A stretch of 64,000 nt of DNA from Candidatus Hydrogenedentota bacterium (GTDB taxonomy: Bacteria > Hydrogenedentota > Hydrogenedentia > Hydrogenedentales > JAGMZX01). Below are positions 56,591 to 64,000 of the stretch, piece by piece. The notes under the pieces are model-generated. The model had not been told where the DNA came from and searched no databases. It saw only the letters and a list, made by a program, of their open reading frames with translations. A program made the position numbers and the translations under genes. Position 1 is the stretch's first letter. Each line of letters starts with the position of its first letter. Location: the NCBI GenBank assembly GCA_029556545.1, contig JAKQEQ010000193.1, forward strand, positions 15,262 through 79,261. The letters are read 5' to 3'.

Positions 56591-57205
56591 CTAGAGCCCC
56601 GGGCAGAATCCGTCTTCCGTGCCCTCGCCCGGGCAGGCGTGGTAGCCGCCCGAATTGTAGAACTGAATCACACGCAGCAGTTCCGTTAACTTGATCTGCC
56701 AGTCGGGTCCGGACGGGGCATAGTCGCTGGAATGGGGCGCGCAGCTATGGTTGGCGCCCGATCCCGGCACGTAGCCGTCTTCCGTGGAGGCAGGATCGTC
56801 CGCGCAATGAAAGCCGCCCGAATTGTAGAATTGAATGATGCGGAGCAGTTCTGTCAGGTTGATCCGTGAGTTCCCGTCCTGATCGGCGGAATGGCCGCCC
56901 TCGCCTTCGCCTTCGCCTTCGCCTTCTGCTCCGGCGGTGAATGGCGGGACCGTATGCGCAAAACCTCCAAATTCGCGATATGAGGCGGACGCGCCGGTAC
57001 GTGGCAGGAATTCGAGACCAATCGTCGTCAGCGGCGCGTTGAAGGAAGAGGCCATGGACGCCCCGCCGCCGGAGCACAAGACGTCGGTGACCAGGTCATA
57101 GCTGGCGCTGGAAGCGGCCTGAACAGGGCATGGCAGGAAGAACATCGCGGAAAACGCCGCGACAACGCCTAAAGGAAATGACCATCCGCATCGAAGACAT
57201 GTCAT
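56591..57205 (-). CDS. small secreted protein with (EG)n linker and duplicated EF-hand/dockerin-like C-terminal domain
   Basis: Signal peptide, SASYDL..SGGG N-domain, then HSADQDGNSRINLTELLRIIQFYNSGGFHC and DWQIKLTELLRVIQFYNSGGYHAC. Confidence 0.8.
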   Translation of the reverse strand: MTCLRCGWSFPLGVVAAFSAMFFLPCPVQAASSASYDLVTDVLCSGGGASMASSFNAPLTTIGLEFLPRTGASASYREFGGFAHTVPPFTAGAEGEGEGEGEGGHSADQDGNSRINLTELLRIIQFYNSGGFHCADDPASTEDGYVPGSGANHSCAPHSSDYAPSGPDWQIKLTELLRVIQFYNSGGYHACPGEGTEDGFCPGL

Positions 57206-57278
57206 ATAAACCCCCTGACATTTCGAGACAGAAGTTCAAGGTCTGCATGGATAACACCTCCCCTCCCCTATTGGTTTA

Positions 57279-57307
57279 ATCTTATAATAACGAAATTATT
57301 TTGTCAA
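57279..57307 (-). promoter_or_regulatory. sigma70-type promoter of the dockerin-like/fibre operon
   Basis: Minus strand TTGACA-N17-TAAGAT with a very AT-rich spacer. Confidence 0.65.
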
Positions 57308-57749
57308 GCACTCGAATTTCCGAACTTTCCCGAAGGTTGTCATCGATTGGACGGGGTTGCGTGACGCCTTCAGCGAAGAGGGCGAGTCGGGCATCATTCA
57401 CGGCTCGGATGCGGGAGACCGGCGCGCTTGGGTGTCGGGCAAACAGGGCGCGCAGGCCATCGGCCAAGGCGCAATACTTGAAGTCTGGAATACCAAGAAA
57501 GGCGTCTGGCGGCCTGATCGGCGTATCGGGCCGTGACACGCAGGTGGGAGTCATGATCCCATATACGGGCGGAAAAGAACATTACGGCCAGGAGCAGGGG
57601 TAGCAGGTTTCGCAGCCCCCGACAATTGAGGGCAGGACGTATTCTCGACGCCATCTTGACCCATGAAGGTGCCCCGTTCAATCCCCTGAATGCTCCCGAG
57701 ACATTTTCAAAGACCGATAAACTATTGTTCCCCAATAACTTACGGCACG

Positions 57750-58103
57750 CTACCCAGCATTCTTCGAGGAACGCTTGCCCTCGGTCTCGCCGTCCGGCGC
57801 CGCGTCTTTCTCCGGCAGGTCCCGCATAGCGCGGATGGCGTCGATGCCTTGCCAATACTCATGGAGCGCGTCGCGGCCCGCGGCGGTGATGCGAAACTCG
57901 GTGTGGGGGATGCGCCCGTTGAAACTCTTCTCGACCTCGACGAAACCAGCCTTTTCGAGCTTGTCCATGTGCGACGAGAGGTTGCCCTTTGTCAGCCCCA
58001 GTGTGCTGAGTAGGAAGCTAAAGTCGACCACGTCCACCCCGGAGAGCAGCGTCAGGATACGCAGGCGCGCCGGCTCGTGTATTGTGCGGTCGAGGTCCGT
58101 CAT
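57750..58103 (-). CDS. winged-HTH transcriptional regulator (ArsR/MarR-like, HTH_34)
   Basis: LDRTIHEPARLRILTLL...LTKGNLSSHMDKLEKAGFV. Confidence 0.92.
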   Translation of the reverse strand: MTDLDRTIHEPARLRILTLLSGVDVVDFSFLLSTLGLTKGNLSSHMDKLEKAGFVEVEKSFNGRIPHTEFRITAAGRDALHEYWQGIDAIRAMRDLPEKDAAPDGETEGKRSSKNAG

Positions 58104-58870
58104 GCGTCCTCGTCTCCGTCACGATCCTCCGCCGGCTCGTCTTCGAGGCCGGACCGCGCAAGCCGGCGCAGTTTCCACAGGGCGTAGCGGCTGTAGACGT
58201 GGCCGATGATGATGGCCGCCAACCCATACCCGAATACGGGCACAATCATGTTGAGAATGGTCCACTCGCCGGTGAACCGAATGGGCAGGTCCGTCAAGAG
58301 CAGGACCGCGTGCAGCGCGTAGAGAATGGGCCAGAACCATGCCCAGAAGCCGAGCCCCTGCGCGTAAATCATGTACATGAGGAACGGCGCCATATACAGC
58401 GCCGAGAAGGGTTGCAGGTTTCGCAGCGCGAGGTAATTCAGGCTCACGAGCAGCGCGCCGACGAGATGATAGATCACGAGGCCGCCGCCGAGCGTGGTGA
58501 GCAGCCACGGGCGCGCAGGACCATCGTGATCGTGGTCCTCGGAATAGGATACGTAGCCTTCCTGGCCGTAGAGCCACTGCGTGATCCGGAAAATCAGGTC
58601 GCCGCCCCAGGGCGACAACGAAAACCAGGTCAAGACGATGATCATCAGCCCCATGAACGCGACGGACACGTACACGAGCACGGCATTGTTCGATTGGTAC
58701 GCCATGTTGGTCAGCGCCGCCGTGATCCCGATAACCACCACCATCGCGACAATGAACACCCATTGAACCAGAAACGAAATGGTGCGGCTCTTCGCGTAAC
58801 GACGCGCCCATCGCACGATGAGGCGCGGATCGCCCGCCTGAAAATCCTGGGAAGTGCTGTTGCGGTTCAT
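58100..58870 (-). CDS. integral membrane hypothetical protein
   Basis: About 6 TM helices. RBS GGAGG before ATG 58870. ATGA overlap with the regulator gene. Confidence 0.8.
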   Translation of the reverse strand: MNRNSTSQDFQAGDPRLIVRWARRYAKSRTISFLVQWVFIVAMVVVIGITAALTNMAYQSNNAVLVYVSVAFMGLMIIVLTWFSLSPWGGDLIFRITQWLYGQEGYVSYSEDHDHDGPARPWLLTTLGGGLVIYHLVGALLVSLNYLALRNLQPFSALYMAPFLMYMIYAQGLGFWAWFWPILYALHAVLLLTDLPIRFTGEWTILNMIVPVFGYGLAAIIIGHVYSRYALWKLRRLARSGLEDEPAEDRDGDEDA

Positions 58871-58982
58871 TCGGCCTATGCTCCTCCATCCCCTGCCTTC
58901 CCGCGTTGTAACACACGGCCTAAGGCATGTCAAGACAACAAGATAGCCCAATCCGCCGCGCATCCGGCAAGGCGCGTGCCGC

Positions 58983-59035
58983 GTGGCATGGGCATCTTGC
59001 CCAAGTCTTGATCACGGGCGGGACGCCCGTGCCGC
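58983..59035. repeat. GTGG-type REP doublet
   Basis: GTGGCATGGGCATCTTGCCCAAGT, a spacer, then CACGGGCGGGACGCCCGTGCCGC. Confidence 0.8.
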
Positions 59036-59172
59036 GCCCGCCTGGGAAGCCCGTCGCCCCCCGGCGTGTTGTTTCAAAGAGTTCATAATGTTAAGATTTC
59101 CATGCGGGCCGGCACACCCCGCGTCATGCTGCATGGTGATATGTCTGGGAAGGAAGAGCGGAACTCGTGCTC

Positions 59173-62100
59173 ATGGATGCCGCATTGCGCCCTAGGAAGG
59201 GGAGCTTCCTGCTGACCGTTCCGGCCGCGGTCTGCCTGCTTCTCGCGGGCATCGCCGCGTCCGGGCAGGAGACCGTCCTCACGCTCCAGCGCGTCGTCGA
59301 AGGCAACGGCACGTACCTGCCGGGCAGCGCGGTGGATTTCACGGTCACGTTCGATAAGTCGGGGCCGGACGACGTCACGCAACTTGGCTTGGAGGAGACG
59401 ATTCCCGACGGTTGGACCTTTGACTCGCTCCAGGCCGGCGCGCTGCCCGAGGTGTCGCCCATGCCGGGCGATTCCGGGACGTTGTCGTTTGCCTATTTTG
59501 CGGTTCCCGCGCTTCCGGCCAGTTTCACGTACCGTCTCAACGCGCCCGCGGACGCGACGGGGCCCCAACAGATTTCCGGAGTGGCGCTCTACGGCACGGG
59601 CGGCCCGCCATTGCAGGCCGACCCGGTCTTGACAACTATCGATGAAGGAACTGCGGGCGAAGGTGAAGGCGAAGGCGAAGGCGAGGGCGAAGGGGAAGGC
59701 GAGGGCGAGGAACTAGTGTTGGCGCGCTTTGTGCCCGCAGGTGAATACAACCCGGGAGGTCGCCTGGACATTCGGGTAACGCTGCTGTACGGTGGCGCGG
59801 AAACGGTGACTTCGCTCGCGCTTGCGGAGACGCTCCCGGCGGGCTGGAGTTTCCATTCCTTGGTCTCCGGGGCTATGCCCCAGTTCGCGCCCGCCGTCGG
59901 CACGACGGGCACGATAGATTTCGGATGGCTATTGATTCCATCCTTTCCCGCAACCTTTACGTATCGCGTGAATGTGCCCTCGGGAGCCGCCGGTACACAG
60001 GTGATCTCAGGTCAGGCGGCCTATCGCACCACGGGCGATGAAATGTTCTCGAACGTCGTGGTCACGGATGTGCCCGAGGGCCCGCCGGCCAGCGAGGGGG
60101 AGGGCGAAGGCGAAGGCGAGGGGGCAGGAAATATGGCCTTGAGCCGCGTCCCTGTGGGCGGTCCAGCGTATAGCCCGGGCGCGGCGGTGGACCTGACAGT
60201 GACGCTGAGCTACGGGCTTGCGGATGCGGTTACCGCGCTCGCGCTCGAAGAAACCCTGCCGGCCGGGTGGACCTTCGATTCCATTACCTCGGGCTCGGGT
60301 GCGAACATCAATCCCGCGGCGGGGTCTTCCGGCACGCTGCAATTCTTGTGGGTCGTGGTGCCCGCTTTTCCGATCACGTTCACCTATCGCGTGAATGCGC
60401 CCGCGGGGGCGACCGGCGATCACACCGTCTCCGGCGTCATCATATACCGTACCACCGGCGACGAATTGCGCACCGACCCCGTGCTCACGGTGCTCGAAGA
60501 GGCGCAAGACCCGAATCTCCTGCCCGTGGCGGTCGAACCGCAGGAACAGGCTTACGCCGGTCAGCCCATCGTCGTGCGCTGGATCGTCACTAACGCGAGC
60601 AACAGCCCCGCGCCCGCAACGTGGCAGGAATGCGCCTACCTGTCCATGGACGACCAGCCGGGAGACGACCTTCTGCTGGGCTGCGTCACGCGCGAACGCG
60701 ACGCCGGTCCCGGCGAAACCTACGAGGTGCGTGCCGAATTCCCCTTGCCAGCGGTCGATGTCGGAGAGTACTGGGTTATCGTCGTTACGGACGACGGCGA
60801 CGCCGTGGCCGAGTCCAATGAGGATGATAACGTTATCGTCTCGGCGCCCATTACGATTGAAACCGTCAATTATGCGGCCACCGTGACGACGTCCGTGACC
60901 AAGGCCGCGGCGGGCACGACTGTGCCGTTGACTGGAGAGGCCCATTTTCTCGCGAGCGGCGCGCCCGCGCCGAACGTACCGGTGGCGGTCGATGTCGAGG
61001 TCCGCGGAATTCATCGCGTCTTTACGGTTCAGACAAACGGCTCCGGACAGTTCAGCCTCACCTTCACGCCGTTGGCCGCCGAGGCGGGTGCATACACCGT
61101 CGGCGCGAAGCACCCCGGCATCGTCGTGACGCCCATACAGGATACATTCACGCTCGCGGGGCTGGCGTTGGACCGGCCCGTGGCCGCCTTCGATCTCGCG
61201 CCCGGAATCCCCGTCGAGGCCGTATTCGAACTCCGCAACCTCGGCGATACGCCTCTCACGGGTCTCTCGGCGAGTGTCGCGGGATCGCCCGCCAACGTGA
61301 CCGTGCACGCCGAGGTGGACCCCGACCTGCCGCCGTTGGGTTCGGGGACGGTAATGGTGACGCTCGATGCGCTGAACGACAGCGTGACCACGGGACAGGC
61401 GACCTTGACCGTCAGTACTTCCGAGGGAGCTACCGTCGCGCAGGAAATTCAGTTCCGTGTCTTGCCGGCAGCGGTCGACTTGCAGGCGGCGCACGTGCCG
61501 TTGCGCGCGGGCGCGGCCGCCGGCGCGCAGACCTTGTACAGCTTTCAACTCACAAACGCCGGCGGCGCAACGGCCGCAGGCTTGACCGTATCCCCACCAG
61601 CATCGTTGCCGTGGGTGCATGTCGTCGCCCCGTCGCGGCCCGTGGACCTGTTCCCCGGCGAGTCGGTCGAAGTGACCGTACAGTGTCTCGCGCCCGCGGG
61701 ACAGCCCACCGGCGTTGTCTCCGGGCAATTGACCTTTCTGTTCAATGAAGGCCAGTCGCGCGTAATGACCCTGCAAATCAGGGTGAGCGCGACGGACGCC
61801 GGTGACCTATATGTCTGGGTCAAAGACGATTTCGGCGCGGTGGCGGACGCCGCAGTGGTGTTGCGCGACCCGTTCACGGGCGGCGAGACGGCAACACAAA
61901 CGACGAGTGCCACGGGAAGCGCCTTTTTCGAGGGCATCGCGGGCGGCCCGTACAACTTCGAAGTGCGCACTCCTGATCATGGCGACTATTACGGTGCAAC
62001 CGAGGTGCGGCGCGGCGCGGCGCGCCACGAGGAAGTCCGGCTCCATCGCGATCTCGTGCAGCAGGAGTGGACCGCTCTCTTGCCCTTCGACGGCGGCGCC

Positions 62101-64000
62101 ATCCACTACGCGGCGGACAACCGGCTTGCGGCGACCCTTGGTCCCGCCCTCGTGATGGACCCGCCCCTGGTCGATTTGCGCGCCATGCGTGACCCGACCA
62201 CGCAAATCGAGATAACGGTGGTGAACCAGGGGCTTGCCTCCGCGCACGGGGTTCGACTCCTGTTGGCCAACCACCCCCGATTCGTCTTTCAGACCCTCAC
62301 AACCGAACTGGGCAGCCTTACCCCCGGCGGCATTGTTCGCGTGCCCGTGCTAGTCACCGATACCGCCTTCGGTCTGGGCGACATCGCCGACGACTGCTCC
62401 GTCGTCGAGCCGTCCGGCGTCATTTACTATTGGGACCAAGACGATGCACCGGATTGGCGGCGCGAGCCGGCGGCCCTGCGCCTCCCCATGGCCGTATGCC
62501 CGGACGCGCCGCCCGCGTTCGGATTGCTCACCATGGACACGGCGGATATGTCGGCGTACACGACCCGCCCCGTGTTCCGCGTCGGGCTCGGCTGCGCACC
62601 GGACTCGGGCGAGGAGACCGTGATCACGCTGACGCGCACGCCCTCGGGCGGCGGCGTCTACACCCCCGGCGGCGCCGTGGACCTTACCATCGAGTTGAGC
62701 GCCACGGGCGGAAAGACGATTACCGGGCTCGGCGTCGAGGAAAACCTCCCGGCGGGATGGACCTTCGATTCCGTCGTCGGCGGTTCATCGCCGCCGCCGT
62801 TGACCTCCCCGGCGGGAACCGAGGGTACACTGGCCTTCGCCTGGATTTTCGTCCCGCCCCGGGACCAATTCCCCATCAACTTCACGTACCGCGTCAACGT
62901 GCCCCCCGGCGCGACGGGCGTGCAGACTGTCTCCGGCGAGGGCATCTATTACACCGACGGCCCCGAATTGCGCACGGGCGTCGTGACGACGGACCTGACG
63001 CCCGTGGGAAAGAGCATGATGACGGCGGCGCGACCAACCGGACGCCTGAAAGCGGATGCGAGCGAAGAGCCGTGTGTCGCGGCGGAATTCCAGGTCGCGG
63101 CAGCGGCGGTATTGCCGGGACGGTCCTTTGAAGCCGCGTTGGCGCTGGCCAATGACGTGCCCGACGAAGACCTCTTGAATGTGCGGATCGACCTGATTGT
63201 TCGCGACGAGGCGGGCGTGAATGTCACCGATCGTTTTACCGTTGCGGTGGACGTCCTGGAAGGCTTGCCCGACCTCGCGGGCGGCGGCGACCTCGAATCC
63301 GGCGCGGACGCGGTGGTGCGGTGGCGCGTCACGCCGCTGGCGGCCGCGGCGGGCGCGAACGTCCGCGCTTACCAGGTCGGTGGGCGGGCGCGCTTCCGCG
63401 TCAGCGGCGTCTCCGTGACGCTGCCGTTCTATCCCGAGGTCCTGTTGGTGCATCCCCAGGCGTCACTGCAAGGAACACTGTTTTTCCCGGACGAAACCTA
63501 CGCGGACGACCCGGCCACCGCCGAGGTCGAGGCGGCGGACCCGTTCGAGGCGGCGCTACTGCTCCGCAACACGGGGGTCGGCAACGCTTACGGCGTGACG
63601 GCCTTCGGCTTGACGCCACAGGTTACGCATATTGACGACGGGCTCTTGCAGCCCTTCGAACTGATCGCGACGTATGCGAACCACGACCCCGTGACAACCG
63701 CCCTCGCCGCCACCCTCGGCAACGTCGCCCCGCAAGCCGCCGCCGCGGCGACCTGGACTCTCGCCGGCGCGTACACCGGCTACATGGGCGGCCTCGATGT
63801 TCTGATCGCGCGGGAAGACCCCGAAGGCCGCGCGTTTGTCGCGCCGCTGAGCATCACACAGACATACAATCTGGTGCGTGTCGTGCGGGCCGACCTGCCC
63901 ACGGACGACGGCGTCCCCGATTTTCTGCTGAATGAAGTGCCGGATGCCGTGCCGGACCTCTTGCACACGAGCACCGGCCAGCAGATATTCGTGTCGAACG
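59173..64000 (+). CDS. giant secreted multidomain surface protein: four cohesin-like repeats, (GE)n linkers, CARDB/Ig-like domains (runs off window end)
   Basis: Manual translation from ATG 59173 stays open for about 1609 codons to the window end. Signal peptide MDAALRPRKGSFLLTVPAAVCLLLAGIAASG. Repeats ExLPxGWxF..FTYRVNxP. CARDB motif VAESNEDDNV. Confidence 0.85.
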   Translation, partial: MDAALRPRKGSFLLTVPAAVCLLLAGIAASGQETVLTLQRVVEGNGTYLPGSAVDFTVTFDKSGPDDVTQLGLEETIPDGWTFDSLQAGALPEVSPMPGDSGTLSFAYFAVPALPASFTYRLNAPADATGPQQISGVALYGTGGPPLQADPVLTTIDEGTAGEGEGEGEGEGEGEGEGEELVLARFVPAGEYNPGGRLDIRVTLLYGGAETVTSLALAETLPAGWSFHSLVSGAMPQFAPAVGTTGTIDFGWLLIPSFPATFTYRVNVPSGAAGTQVISGQAAYRTTGDEMFSNVVVTDVPEGPPASEGEGEGEGEGAGNMALSRVPVGGPAYSPGAAVDLTVTLSYGLADAVTALALEETLPAGWTFDSITSGSGANINPAAGSSGTLQFLWVVVPAFPITFTYRVNAPAGATGDHTVSGVIIYRTTGDELRTDPVLTVLEEAQDPNLLPVAVEPQEQAYAGQPIVVRWIVTNASNSPAPATWQECAYLSMDDQPGDDLLLGCVTRERDAGPGETYEVRAEFPLPAVDVGEYWVIVVTDDGDAVAESNEDDNVIVSAPITIETVNYAATVTTSVTKAAAGTTVPLTGEAHFLASGAPAPNVPVAVDVEVRGIHRVFTVQTNGSGQFSLTFTPLAAEAGAYTVGAKHPGIVVTPIQDTFTLAGLALDRPVAAFDLAPGIPVEAVFELRNLGDTPLTGLSASVAGSPANVTVHAEVDPDLPPLGSGTVMVTLDALNDSVTTGQATLTVSTSEGATVAQEIQFRVLPAAVDLQAAHVPLRAGAAAGAQTLYSFQLTNAGGATAAGLTVSPPASLPWVHVVAPSRPVDLFPGESVEVTVQCLAPAGQPTGVVSGQLTFLFNEGQSRVMTLQIRVSATDAGDLYVWVKDDFGAVADAAVVLRDPFTGGETATQTTSATGSAFFEGIAGGPYNFEVRTPDHGDYYGATEVRRGAARHEEVRLHRDLVQQEWTALLPFDGGAIHYAADNRLAATLGPALVMDPPLVDLRAMRDPTTQIEITVVNQGLASAHGVRLLLANHPRFVFQTLTTELGSLTPGGIVRVPVLVTDTAFGLGDIADDCSVVEPSGVIYYWDQDDAPDWRREPAALRLPMAVCPDAPPAFGLLTMDTADMSAYTTRPVFRVGLGCAPDSGEETVITLTRTPSGGGVYTPGGAVDLTIELSATGGKTITGLGVEENLPAGWTFDSVVGGSSPPPLTSPAGTEGTLAFAWIFVPPRDQFPINFTYRVNVPPGATGVQTVSGEGIYYTDGPELRTGVVTTDLTPVGKSMMTAARPTGRLKADASEEPCVAAEFQVAAAAVLPGRSFEAALALANDVPDEDLLNVRIDLIVRDEAGVNVTDRFTVAVDVLEGLPDLAGGGDLESGADAVVRWRVTPLAAAAGANVRAYQVGGRARFRVSGVSVTLPFYPEVLLVHPQASLQGTLFFPDETYADDPATAEVEAADPFEAALLLRNTGVGNAYGVTAFGLTPQVTHIDDGLLQPFELIATYANHDPVTTALAATLGNVAPQAAAAATWTLAGAYTGYMGGLDVLIAREDPEGRAFVAPLSITQTYNLVRVVRADLPTDDGVPDFLLNEVPDAVPDLLHTSTGQQIFVSN

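Overview
This is a high-GC bacterial chromosomal window. It is probably Candidatus Hydrogenedentota, an inference from poly-(Gly-Glu) linkers and the duplicated 'ELLRxIQFYNSGGxH' C-terminal domain. The core genes are: the 5' end of ftsK, a two-component cluster, purM-purL-purQ, bamD-lptE-holA, sugar/sulfate catabolic genes, glycosyltransferases and an HD+CHAD pair. No rRNA, tRNA, CRISPR array or transposase was recognised. Three features stand out. (1) Intact antitoxin genes recur in intergenic slots, even inside the pur operon, while the cognate toxin is cut to an N-terminal stub or is absent; in two cases a REP-like palindrome sits at or next to the breakpoint. (2) At least seven families of REP-like palindromes and short tandem repeats are present, several translated in frame inside proteins, plus a 384-bp MITE with an 8-bp target duplication. 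(3) At the right end are a secreted fibre-like protein with a low-GC tip, a small dockerin-like partner, and a >1600-aa secreted protein with four cohesin-like repeats that the ORF track misses; these may form an undescribed surface-display system. All family assignments come from reading motifs by eye; no database searches were run.
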